A stretch of 64,000 bases of DNA from Mobula hypostoma. Its lineage: Eukaryota. How positions within the stretch are numbered: the first letter of the stretch is position 1; each line of letters begins with the position of its first letter. Made by a program: the position numbers and the translations under genes. The stretch spans positions 232,316,001-232,380,000 of the forward strand of contig NC_086097.1 in NCBI RefSeq assembly GCF_963921235.1. The letters run 5' to 3'. This document shows, one piece after another, positions 50,505 through 62,789 of this stretch. The notes beneath the pieces are model-generated. The model had not been told where the DNA came from. It searched no databases and was given only the letters and a program-made list of their open reading frames with translations.

Positions 50505-52099
50505 CATCTGCATTAATAGATGCACCAATGAACGCATCTGCACAATGCATCAGTACTCTTCATCCCAGGGTATTTAAGGAGGTGGCTCTAGATATCATGG
50601 ACGCATTGGTAATCATTTTCCAATGTTCTATAGATTCAGGATCAGTTCCTGCGGATTGGAGGATAGCTAATGTTATCCCACTTTTTAAGAAAGGAGGGAG
50701 AGAGAAAACAGGCAATTATAGACCAGCTAGTCCGACATCAGTAGTGGGAAAGATGCTGGAATCAATTATAAAAGATGAAATAGCGGCATATTTGGATAGT
50801 AGTAGCAGGATAGGTCCGAGTCAGCATGGATTTACGAAGGGGAAATCATGCTTGACTAATCTTCTGGAATTTTTTGAGAATGTAACTATGAAAATGGACA
50901 TGGAAAAGCCAGTGGATGTAGTGTACCTGGACTTTCAGAAAGCCTTTGATAAGGTCCCACATAGGAGGTTAGTGGGCCAAATTAGAGCAAATGGTATTGG
51001 GGTAGGGTGCTGACATGGGTAGAAAATTGGTTGGCAGACTGGAAACAAAGAGTAGGGATTCATGGGTCCTTTTCAGAATGGCAGGCAGTGACTAGTGGGT
51101 TGCCGCAAGGCTTGGTGCTGGGACCGCAGCTATTTACAATATACATTAATGATTTAGATGAAGGGATTAAAAGTAACATTAGCAAATTTGCAGATGACAC
51201 AAAGCTGGGTGGCAGTGTGAAATGTGAGGAGGGTGTTATGAGAATGCAGGGTGACTTGGCTAGGTTGGGTGAGTGGGCGGATGCAGTTTAATGTGGATAA
51301 ATGTGAGGTTATCCACTTTGGTGGCAAGAACAGGAAGGCAGATTACTCTCTGAATGGTGTCAAGTTAGGAAAAAGGGAAGTACAATGAGATCTAAGTATC
51401 CTTGTTCATCAGTCACTGAAAGTAAGCATGCAGGTACAGCAGGCAGTGAAGAAAGCTAATGGCATGTTGGCCTTCATACCAAGGGGAGTTGAGTATATGA
51501 GCAAAGAGGTCCTTCTGCAGTTGTACAGGGCCCTGGTGAGACCACACCTGGAGTATTGTGTGCAGTTTTGGTCTCCAAATTTGAAGAAGGACATTCTAGC
51601 TATTGAGGGAGTGCAGCGTAGGTTCACAAGGTTAATTCCCGGGGTGGCGGGATTGTCATGTGTTGAAAGGTTGGAGCAACTGGGCTTGTATACACTGGAA
51701 TTTAGAAAGATGAGAGAGGATCTGATTGAAACATATAAGATTATTAAGGGATTGGACACGCTAGAGGCAGGAAACATGTTCCCGATGTTGGGGGAATCCA
51801 GAACCAGAGGCCACAGTTTAAGAATAAGGGGTAGGCCATTTAGAACGGAGTTGAGGAAAAACTTTTTCACACAGAGGGTTGTGGTTCTGTGGAGTGCTCT
51901 GCCTCAGAAGGCAGTGGAGGCCAGTTCTCTGGATTCTTTCAAGAAAGAGTTAGATAGAGTTCTTAAAGATAGCGGAGTCAAGGGATATGGGGAGAAGGCA
52001 GGAAAAGGGTACTGATTGTGGATGATCAGCCATGATCACAGTGAATGGCGGTGCTGGCTCGAAGGGCTGAATGGCCTATTCCTGCACCTATTGTCTATT
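50505..52099 (+). mobile_element. CR1 LINE (5'-truncated, RT through tail) inserted in the RTE
   Basis: HPRVFKE..DWRIANVIPLFKKG..GNYRP..QHGF..YLDFQKAFDKVPH, FADDTKL, RPHLEYC. Tail ctattgtctatt. The RTE frame resumes at ~52101. Confidence 0.93.
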
Positions 52100-52459
52100 G
52101 CTCCGGATGGCTCTTGACATGAGTTGCTAACAGCACATGACGAACGTCGAGCTCTATGACGACCTACCGATGCTCACCACTAAAATCGAAGCGAGAAGAC
52201 TGCAACTAGCAGGGCACTGTCTACGCCACCCCGAGCTACCTGCCAGCCTAGTCATCATATGGGAGCCCAAGCACGGGAGGATGAACCCTGGGCACCCTCC
52301 CAAGACTATGGTCAATACGCTCCTAGAAGACAGCGGCGCGGCTAATGTAGATGAACTGAACACACTGATGAGGGAGAGGGAGAAGTGGAGAGTCTGTCAT
52401 TGTGCCCGACACTGGCCCCCTAGGCTTGAGTCGACGTAGTAGTGGTACTTACAGTTGTC

Positions 52460-53030
52460 ATAGCCCAGGGATTTTGTGGGGATAAGCTCTCACTTCCTAT
52501 TAAATGCTCCCTTTTACGCACATCTCAAGTAGCCTCCGACAGCCAAGTCCAGCTCCTGCTTTCATGTGTGGTTTAGCTTCTAGGCCTGGCAGAGCCATTT
52601 CTACTGACAGGAGAAGGGGAAAAGACAGATTACTGGTGCCTCAAAATCAGTTGCTTTGGGAAATGGGGCTTGTCAGCCATAGTTGGGAGCTCATCAAGGA
52701 GAAGGAAAACTCTGGTCTCAAACTTCCGCTGCCTTGCAGCTATACCCACTCGGGGAAGGCTTTTGGGAGTAAATCCTGAGGAAAATCTGGAGCTGGGATC
52801 CCTGAGGCAGTTCTACAATAAGTTCAGGGCTGGCTGGCATCTCCTGTGATGTTGCTGGTGCTAAACTGTGCCAGTCTCTGCTATTCCTTTGGATTCCATC
52901 AGCTGTGTAGAGAGAGGGAGCCTGCTGCATGAGCAACAGTTTGCTCTCCATATTGTACTGGTCTGGCTTGCGTGTTATGTAGACAGCTAGGACACAACAT
53001 CCATGGTCGTCCCTGACCAATGGAGGGCAT
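52460..53030 (+). mobile_element. Non-autonomous RTE-related element (5' UTR-like part plus SINE-shared 3' part)
   Basis: aggaaaactctgg..aaacttccgctgccttgc resembles RTE 5' UTRs as I recall them. 52855-53030 is similar to the 3' half of the SINE at 31690-31865. Confidence 0.45.
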
Positions 53031-53079
53031 GATGACACTTGTCCCAATTTTTAAGACTTTCTTTCAATATATTGTATTT

Positions 53080-54200
53080 CATAGACTCACGTAGTATGGA
53101 AATGGACTCTTTTGCTCAACTGTCTTTGCCGACTGAGATTCCCCTCTTGTCTCATTTGCCTGCTTTGGCCTATTTCCCTCTAAAGTTTTCCTATCAATTT
53201 ATTTGGCCAAGTACCTTTTTAAATGTTATTAATGCATCTACCTCTAACACTTTCTCTGGTATCTCATTCCATATACTGACCACCCTCCGGATGAAAAAGT
53301 TACATCTCAGGTTCCTATTAAATCTCTTCTCCGCCCCCCTCCACTTAAAACACATGCCGTCTAGTTCTTGATTCCCCAACTCTAGGAAAAAAACTGTATG
53401 TATTGACCCTATCTATACACCTGTTTTTATGGACCTCCATAGTATCACTCCTTATCCACCTATGGTCCAATGAAGAAGCTCCCAGCTTCCTCAACCTTTC
53501 TCCATAACTTAGTCCTTCAAGGATGTTGCTTGGACTCATAATATTTGCCTTTTCTCCCCCAGCATAATGATATCCTTCCTATAACAAGATGACCAAAACT
53601 GAATGCGATATTCCAAACTTGGCCTCACCAACATTTTGCAGCATAATAACATCCCAACTTCAATCCTCAATGTCCTGAGTAATGAACGTCAGTTTATCAA
53701 AGTCCTTTGACACCTCTTTTAGGTAACTATGTATTTGTACTCTCATGCCTCTGTACAACATTCCCCAGGGTGCCACTATGAAAATCTGACCCTGAATTGT
53801 CTTCATAAAATGCAAAACTTTGCACTTAACCAAGTTAACCTCCATTTGCCATTCCTCCCAGCGGATCAAGATCCATTTATCACTATTAAGAACCATCTTT
53901 GCTCTCAAAGGCAGCGCCACTTAGTGTCGTCTGCAAACTTACTAACCATGCCTTGTTCATTTTCATCTGGATCTTTGATATAGATGACAAATAGTGATAG
54001 CATTGAGCCCTGGAGAAAACCACTAGTCAGGGGCCTGCAATCCAAAAAAAAAACAACCATCCACCATCACCATTGCTTCCTACTAGGTCAATTGTGTATC
54101 CAGTTGGCTTGCTCTGGATTCCATGGAGTCTAACTTTACATAGCAGCTTACCATGTGGTACTTTATCAGTGGTCTTACTAAAGTCCATATAGTCCATGTT
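53080..54200 (-). mobile_element. Degenerate CR1
   Basis: MDFSKTTDKVPHGKLL, WQMEVNLVKCKVLHF, LSYGERL and FFIRRVVSIWN on the minus strand. Confidence 0.8.
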
Positions 54201-55306
54201 TCTTTTTCTATGAATCATTAGAACTTTTACCAAATGTGCTGCATTTAGTGTTTAAATGCATCTAATGCAAGTTTTCTCACTTCATCTTATTTATACGCTC
54301 TTGTATTATTTAATACTATATGTCGATCTCTGCATACTTGGATTCTGCTCAATCTATTTCATTTTGTACAGCTTCTTTGACCATATCAGGACCTCCCAGA
54401 AAGCAGTGCATTCATTTAAATTTAGCAGCTCATGGAGGGGATGTGCAGCATTTGCCAATTTGTGCACAACAAGATCCTGCATTTTTTTCCAAACTGTTGA
54501 TTGAAAGATAAACATTTACCAGAACTCCAGGTTGCTTCATGAGACCAACAGCCAAGAAACTTTAACATTGAGTTACACAGAAAAGTCAAAAGCTTCCTTG
54601 CAAAAGTGGTTCTTAAGGGTATTCTTTGTTTGGTGAAAGAGAGAAAGAAGGGCTGAGAGGTTTATGATGGTAGATGAGGGAGCCAAAGATTTGTCTTTAA
54701 ATAGTTTGACAGAGCTCTACCAGAAAAGCAGTAGGAGCTTCAGTTTACCTCTTTTCCCAAAAAATAACACTCTCAACACATGAGTGTGCCACTGCACTGA
54801 AGTTTTACCCAAGTTTTTGAAATGGAGGATGAATCTATGTAACCTGAGTAAGGGTAAGCATGTTATGTGTTGAGTTATAACTACATAGAAGTGCTGGAAA
54901 AAATTATGTCGGTTAATGACTCTTGTTTTCTATTTTGTTGAAAGTGTCAGTGCAAGTATTTATAAATGGAAATTAATTATACTGATTATTAAAATAAAAA
55001 CAAGGATTCTACAACCACTATTTAACTGAAATAAATTTACATTTTGATAAAGTAGGACTAGTGTTCTTAAAATTCTTAGTAATTTACTTCTGTACCTCCT
55101 TCTGTTTATTTCTCTAAATGTACCCAGCTGATCAAAACTGTCTAACAACCATTTTTGCTACCAACAGCATCACCAATTAAAGTGTCACCTGCAAACTTAC
55201 TAACCATGTCTTTTACATTCTAATCCTGATCAATGATATTGATGACAGATAGCAATGAGCCTAGGTCCGAGCTTTGGCAATGCCATTAGCCATGGGTCTC
55301 CAGTCC

Positions 55307-55452
55307 AAGAAATCTGCCTTTTGTTGCTCTTCTGTGGATTTTATTTGTCTTCTATTTCTTTCTCATTTCTGTTTTACCAAAGAAATCTGCCTTTTGTTGC
55401 TCTTTTGTTGATTTTATTTGTCTTCTATTTCTTTCTCATTTCTGTTTTACCA
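55307..55452. repeat. 73-bp tandem duplication (2 substitutions)
   Basis: aagaaatctgccttttgttgc...ctgttttacca at 55307-55379 and 55380-55452. Confidence 0.9.
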
Positions 55453-56339
55453 AAATGACTGTCTGCTCAGATGTAGCTCACCTCACCCTTCAGGGAATAT
55501 CTCCTGCTCTGTAAAACAGAGTAAATAATGCCTACTTCCAGCAATACATTTCTTCCTTTACACAAGCCTTTTGAATGAATATATATTTCTTCTATTTTGT
55601 GCTTGCCTATCTGCTTTTTTTTACAGGAACAAAATCATATTTCTGAATTAAATGGGAGTACTTTTTTATTGCATCTATTTTCTTTTGTGCCCATGTCCCT
55701 TCATTGCCCTTGAGAGGTTACAAAAAATTCATTATTTTCATGGTTTCCATGATGGGCTGGCAAGATCTGTAAATACCGTTTAATTCTGCTACAAGTACCT
55801 ACATGTCTTCAACTGATATATGAGATCTTTTAAGAGGTTTAATGTAAAACATAGTTTTAGAATTTCACTAATAAGGTTAGGGTATATTTAACACTTCTAA
55901 ACTTTTTTTAAAACAGCAAACTAGTAAAGATGTATCCAGAGAATGTACTTTACATGTTGAACTATGTACTCAACTGGCCTCGACATGTTGTGGATGTTAG
56001 CTAATGCACAATCTATCACAGCTGTTGCCACTAACCTGTGGCAGCTTTTTATTAAAGAAAGGAAGATTGGAAAAGAGTTGGCAATTGTTTGGAATTGTAC
56101 AAAACCAGATGGTGGTATAATCATTTAAATTGAGTACCTTGATTCGCATACTGATCAATATGCATTTATCTTTGCGTACGGACTTAAAATATGGGGCAGT
56201 GTTGAACTAAGTGAATATTTGGCAATAGTTGCTTTACCTGGTTCAGAGATCCACAAACAATGATAATCGTGCTAAGGATTGCAGTGTCCTTCCTGATACT
56301 GATCAATAACAATAGTACACAAAAAAAAAGTCATAAGGA

Positions 56340-59300
56340 AGGATAGAGTATTGGCTGATAGGCCGGAGGCAAAGAGTGGGAATAAAGGGAGCCTTTTCTG
56401 GTTGGTTGCCAGTGATTAGTGGTGTTCTACAGGGGTCTGTGTTGGGACTGCTTCTTTTTATGTTATATGTCTTTCCAGTTAAAATGGCACTTCAGAAGGT
56501 GTACAACAGCCTTCTGGTAGTCAAAAAGCTAAGAAATTCAATTAAAAACATAACTAAAAATGTCTTTTTCTGAGGTAAATTGTGTTAATTATCACCACAA
56601 TCAGAGAAACAGAGCGATGGCGAGGTGAGTTTGGGGGAAGAGCTCAGCTGGTGTGTTGAAAAATCATTGCAGATGGAGTTCTGATACCCGGGAGTGAGTT
56701 TGGATCGGTCTGAGCACCAAAAGGAGAAGTCAGGGCCCAGGCAGAGGATATTCGATGCCCGTACAACTGGCCCAAGTGAGAGGTTGGATTACTCTGGCCA
56801 CTGAGCTGATTTGAAAAGCTTGAGAGCTGCTTCAGGCTGGGCGACAACATCTGGGCCTGGAGCCTTTTGCAGCAGCAGTTCTTGGGTCCTAGTGCAAGGT
56901 ACGATATGCTATTTAGATAGTTTTAATGCTGGCCCAGTTTAGAGGTGAGAGCCGATTTCACTTGCTCTGTGCAATGTTCTCTCCTCTCTCCAGGACACCA
57001 GAGCCTTTTGCTTTTCCGTTGTTTCATCAATTTGAATACCAGCCCAGATGGACTGAAAAGACAGGGTGTTGTGATCCAGTGTGAGAGCCGAGTTCGCTCA
57101 TTTTCCATGATAGTCGCTCTGCTCTCTATGGCGCAGAGACTAAGATGGCTGCCCTGGTTGTAGTGCTCTGTGCCTGCTAATATGATGAACGAGGCTTTGG
57201 GTCTGCTCCAGGGTTCAGATCTGAGGGCTCAATTTTTGGTTCGAATTATATCTTTATTTTTATTCTTATTTGGTTCTTTTGGGTTTCTTGCTTTGTGGCT
57301 ACCTTTGAGCAAACAAATCTCAAAGTTGTATAATTTATACATTTTTTGATAATAAATGTGTTTTGAACTTTGATTTGGGTGATGGAATTGATGGCTTTGT
57401 GGCCAAGTTTGCAGGTGATACAAAGATAGATGGAGGGCTCGGTTGTTTTGGGGAAGTAGAGAAGGTACAGAAGGACTTAGGCAGATTAGGAGAATGGGCA
57501 AAGAAGTGGCTGATGGAGTACAGTGTCAGAAAGTGTATGGTCGTGCACTTTGGTAGAAGAAATTAAAGTGTAGACTATTTTCTAAATGGAGAGAAAATTC
57601 AAAAAATCTGAGGTGCAAAAGGACTTTGAAGACTTTGCGGGATTCCCTCAGGGTTAATTTGCAGGTTGAGTTGGCAGTGAGAAAGGCAAATGAGATGTTA
57701 GCATTCATAGAAACATAGAAAACCTACAGCACCATACAGGCCCTTCGGCCCATAATGCTGTGCCGAACATGTACTTACTTCAGAAATTACCTGGTGTTAC
57801 CCATAGCCCTCTATTTTTCTAAGCTTCATGTACCTATCCAGGAGTCTCTGAAAAGACACTATCGTGTCTGCCACCACCACCATCGCTGGCAGCCTATTTC
57901 AAGCACTCACCAGTCTCTGAGTAAAAATCCTACCCCTGACGTCTCCTCTGTACCTACTTCCAAGCACCTTAAAACTGTGCCCTCCTGTGTGAGCTATTTC
58001 AGCCGTGGGAAAAAGCCTCTGACTACCAGAGGGGGACCGGATGAGAGGTACTCCAGGCTACTGTGGGAGGTGAGGGAGGAAATTGCTGAGCCTCTGGTGA
58101 TGATCTTTGCATCATCAATGGTGACGGGAGAGTTTCCGTAGGATTGGAGTGTTGCGGATGTTGTTCCATTATTCAAGACCTAGGAAATTATAGACCGGTG
58201 AGTCGGTAAGTTGATGGAGAAGATCCCGAGAGGCAGGATTTACGAACATTTGGAGAGGCATAATATGATTAGGAATAGTCAGCATGGCTTTGTCAAAGGC
58301 AGGTCGAGACTTATGAGCCTTATTGAATTTTTTAAGGATGTGACTAAACACAGTAGATGTAGTGTATATGGATTTCAGCAAAGCATTTGATAAAGTACCC
58401 CATGCAAGGCTTATGGATCCAAGGGGACATTGCTTTGTGGATCCAGAACTGGCTTGCCCACAGAAGGCAAAGAGTAGTTGTAGACGGGTCATATTCTGCA
58501 TGGAGGTTGGTCACCAATGGTGTGCCTCAGGGATCTGTTCTGGGACTCCTACTCTTCGTGTTTTTTATAAATGACCTGGATGAAGAAGTGGAGGGATGTG
58601 TTAGTACATTTGCTGATGACACAAAAGTTGGAGGTGTGTGGAAGGCTGTCAGAGGTTACAGCGGGACATTGATAGGATGCAAAACTGGGCTGAGAAGTGC
58701 AGATGGAGTTCAATCCAGATAAGTGTGTGTGGTTCATTTTGGTAGGTCAAATATGATGACAGAATATAGTATTAATGGTAAGACTTTTGGCAGTGTGGAG
58801 GATCAGGGGGATCTTGAGGTCTGAGTCCATAGGACACACAAAGCTGCTCTGCAGGTTGACTCTGTGGTTAAGAAAGCATACGGTACATTGGCCTTCATCA
58901 ATCATGGGATTGAGTTTAGGAGCTGAGAGGTAATGTTTCAGCTATATATGACCCTGGTCTGACCCCACTTGGAGTATTGTGCATAGTTCTGATTGCCTCA
59001 CTACAGGAAGGATGTGGAAACCAAAGAAAGAGTGCAGAGGAGATTTACAAGGATGTTGCCTGGATTGGGGCGCATGCCTTATGAGAATAGGTTGAGTGAA
59101 CTCGGCCTTTTCTCCTTGGAGCGATGGAGGATGAGAGGTGACCTGATAGAGGTGTACAGAATGACGAGAGGCATTGATCGTGTCGATAGTCAGAGGTTTT
59201 TTCCCAGGTCTGAAATAGCTAGCATGAGAGGGCACAGTTTTACCGTGCTTCGAAGTAAGTACAGAGATGTCAGGGTAAGCTTTTTACGCAGAGTGGTGAG

Positions 59301-60165
59301 TACATGGAATGGGCTGCAGGCGACGGTGGTGGAGGTGGATACGATAGGGACAGGTATATGGAGCTCAGAAAAATAGAGGGCTATGGATAACCTGAGGTAA
59401 TTTCTCAGGTAAGGACATGTTCAGCACAGCTTTGTGGGCTGAAGGGCCTATATTGTGCTGTAGGTTTTCTAGGTTTCTATCCACACGATCAATGCCTCTC
59501 ATCATCTTATACACCCATAATCACCTATAGTGAATTACCTAGTACTTGGTAATTTGAGGATTAGAATATAAAAGCAAGGATGTAATGTTGAAGCTCTATA
59601 AAGCACTGGTGAGACCTTACTTAGAGTATTGAGAGCAGTTTTGGGCCCCTTATCTAAGAAAGAATGTGCTGACATTGGAGAAGGTTTAAAGGAAATTCAC
59701 GAAAATGATTCCAGAATTGAAGGGCTTATCATATGAGGAGTGTTTGATGGTGCTGGCCTCTACTCACTGGAATCCAGAAGAATGAGGCGTGACCCCATTG
59801 AAATCTATCGAATGGTGAAAGGGCTCGATAGAGTGGATGTGGAGAGAATGTTTCCTATGTTGTGGGAGTCTGAGACACGAGGGCACAGCCTTAGAATAGA
59901 GTGATATCCTTTTAGAATGGAGATAAGGAGGAATTTCTTTAACCAAAGAGTGGTTTTTTGCCACAGCTGGCTGTGGAAGTCAAGTTATTTGGTATATTTA
60001 AGGCAGAGGCTGATAGAGTCTTGATTAGTCACGGCATGAAAGGATGCGAAGAAAAGGTAGGATATTGGGGCTGAGGGAAAATAGATCAGCCATGATGAAA
60101 TGGTGGGACAGACTTGATGGGCCAAATAGCCTAATTCTGCTCTTATATCTTTGATTATATGGTCT
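56340..60165 (+). mobile_element. CR1 nest: + CR1 (56340-60165) split by a non-autonomous element (~56470-57372) and a - CR1 3' end (~57706-59515), the latter split by a + CR1 (~58028-59480)
   Basis: The outer CR1 reads on across the insertions (GVLQGSVLG | DLGDGIDGFVAKFAGDTK | KSKDVML). The minus CR1 breaks at aaaagcctctgacta (58025) and resumes at tccacacgatc (~59480). The inner CR1 has QHGFVKG, DFSKAFDKVPH and FADDTKV. Confidence 0.8.
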
Positions 60166-62039
60166 AATTTATTCTTAAAATTTATAACATACAGGTCAAT
60201 TATGTGACAATCCCAAAATACTTCCACTATTCAATTATTTGCATACAGTATGTGGAATTCCACTAAAAGTTCAAATTGCTTTTGCGTTTATATTAACATG
60301 ATATTGACCATTCTGTGGTAGGAACAGTATGAGTAGTTTTACACTGGTTACTTCCCTATGATGAGCAACAAACTTTGGGCTCTTATCTACTGAATCACTG
60401 CAGAGGCTGCAGGAAGATTCAGCTTTGTCCTCCTCCTCAGAACGTTCAATATATCTGTGTCCTGGATCATGGAATGTGTATCCTGAAGGCAGTCTGTTGT
60501 TATTAATAATGAACTGTTTATAACTTTCTTTCTAAATAATCAATTTAAATACTTAGCTAGGTGAATGTGTGTTTAATTATTGGGATGAAATTCTAACAAG
60601 TCTCTTTTGTAGTCCTGTCCTAATTGCTTTGGACGACTGATTGCAAAATTACTCCAATAGAAATATCATCCCAAAATGTTACTGTTAATTGACTCTGCCT
60701 CTTTATGAATATTTAGTATATTCATAGCCTAACTTTGATAACTTGGTTTTTGTAGTTGTATAGCTATACCACCCAATGCTGAAATAAGTGTGCACAACTT
60801 GTCCCTACCTGCTCTATTAGGTCTAGCAGCATGCTAAAAGATCAAGGGAAAACAATAGTATTTTTCTCTTTTGGAGTTCAGTGAAATGTTTATTTGAAGA
60901 ATGTTCTCAAGATCCAAATCAGCGGGTCTAAATCAGTTTTGTAAGGGAGAGCAGGGGCCAGCTCTGGCAAAGAACTTTGAGATTACTTGGCCACTCTATG
61001 GTGGAATATTTCTGCTAATGGTAAATTGATTGTTTTAATCAGTCAGAGCACAGAGCAAGCTGTTGTTCTTTGTATGATCAACTTAGAAATACAAATTTAA
61101 GGGGTTCGGTCAAGGAATTTGGTTACTTTAACTTTCAAAATGCATCATGCTCCTTGACTTTGACAGACTGAATGTTTTTTATGATCGGTGAAGGTGTGGA
61201 AATGACACCAAATGCCCAAAAACCTAATAATGTAACATATGAATGATTGCTTTATTTCAGTTCTTTTGACAGCTGGAAGTTGGTAGTTGGAGTTGACTGC
61301 AAAGCAAAACCAGGGAAAGAACATTGTTTTTGAAAGTAATGGATATACTTGAATAAGGGGGATAATAAGGAAATTGCTTGAGATTGAGGATGCGTTACTC
61401 CTTCTGTGGGTTTTGTGGTCTCTGACCTGGCCTTGGCCAGTTAAGGAACTTCAGACGTGTTTCTGGAGGGGCCAGAGGGGTGCCTAATAAGATGGGGTGG
61501 CTGGATGGTTGTACTACTTCCGCCATTTACACGAGGCTTCAGTGTACTCCTTGAACATATTCTTCTAAACAACGTCACTGTGGTTCCCCTTCACTTCGTG
61601 CAGTAACAGGTTCCCAGGAGTCAGTGTAGGTAAAGCATGTTTTTTTTTTCCTTTACTCTTGAGCCTTTTCTAATGTCCATCTGCTAATCTCTTTTTATGA
61701 TAGCTAGTAATAAAGTATCCTTTTCAAGAATCTGGTGTTGAGTTTACAAACGACAAAGCTTTCCTTATGGAGCTGACTAAGGGAACAAAAACCTCAATAC
61801 TAGGGGTGTTGGCCTGAGAGAATACATTTGTTATATTTCTTGTCTTTTTAAGTACCTTGTGGAGAACGATTGGTCATACAGTACCAACTTAGATCGAGTG
61901 CCAACTTGGGTGGTTCCAATCTTAATGGCCAGCAGTGATCCATGCCATTACATCAGGTTGCACTAGGTCCGAGGTCTTCATTTTAAAGTACTTCTACAGC
62001 AGCTCATCTCTTCCTGATGAACAAAATGCAATCTACACA

Positions 62040-62780
62040 GGCTTTGAAGATGAGAGGGCTGGAATGTCTCTACCTGCCACAAAAGCCTCAAATGCACCTG
62101 AACCTATAGTCATCAATGCAGAAGTAAGATCACTTTTGCAGGGAGTGAACCCATGGTCCAGATCGTGTTCCTGGCTTTTCGGGTTTGAAGGTGACACCAT
62201 CAAGCTTGTTTGTGCCCTTAATTCCTGTGCGGAACATCTGGCAGGGTAGTTTGCAGCCATTTTTAACCTCTCCCTACTTCAATCTGAGGTTCCCACCTGC
62301 TTTGATCTGTGGCTTTAACATCCACCATCTTAAAGATTGGTCATGGAATTTCTATTAATGCCACTCCCCAGAAACCTCGACCCACTACAATCCAACTACC
62401 ATGAAAAGAAATCTGTGGCAGATGTTATTTACCTAGACCTACATTCACCCCTGAAGCATCTGGACAGTAAAGACACCTATGTTAGATTGTTGTTTATCAA
62501 CTAGAGCTTCATCTTAAATACTATCATTTCAAGCAAACTCATCTCCAAACTTCTAGACTTGGGACTCAATGTGTCCCTTTGTAACTGGATCCTTGACTTC
62601 CTGATCAACAGATCAGTATCGGTAAGGATATGCAGCAACACATCCACCACAGTTATTCTCAACAATAGTGCCCTACAAGGCTGGGTCCTCAGACCCCTAT
62701 TCTACTCCCTTTACTCAGAATTGTGTGTCCATATTCGGCTTTAATTCCATCTTCATGTTTGCACATGATACCACCAATCT
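62040..62780 (+). mobile_element. Degenerate Rex1/Babar RT fragment
   Basis: CAEHLAG..FNLSLLQSEVPTCF, KDTYVRLLF, LGLNVSLCNWILDFL, QGWVLRPLFYSL. Confidence 0.75.
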
Positions 62781-62789
62781 CCCCTCTTA

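Larger units (their letters stand above)
46132..52447 (+). mobile_element. RTE-clade LINE with inverted 5' segment (46132-48449, minus) and three nested insertions
   Basis: Minus segment: SDHRVV (endonuclease end), GPDGIPP, FIDFHKAFDSI, GVLEGDTLAPYIF. Plus segment: DIVLLS..GLHLNAKKTEYM, ESILTYGCETW, RRLQLAGHCLRH. (TAG)n tail. TSD CTTACAGTTGT at 46118-46128 and 52448-52458. Confidence 0.9.

Noticed and set aside
54371..54530. Possible exon after ttttgtacAG
   Set aside because: Stops in all three frames, weak donor, and it resembles an old SINE tail.
55917..56130. Possible coding exon after tttttaaaacAG
   Set aside because: All frames from the acceptor close within ~30 codons and the peptides are unrecognisable. 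A UTR exon cannot be excluded.
60358..60490. C/D-box snoRNA (ATGATGA ... CTGA)
   Set aside because: Boxes are present, but the terminal stem is only ~3 bp and I see no rRNA/snRNA guide. A snoscan/Infernal hit would be needed.
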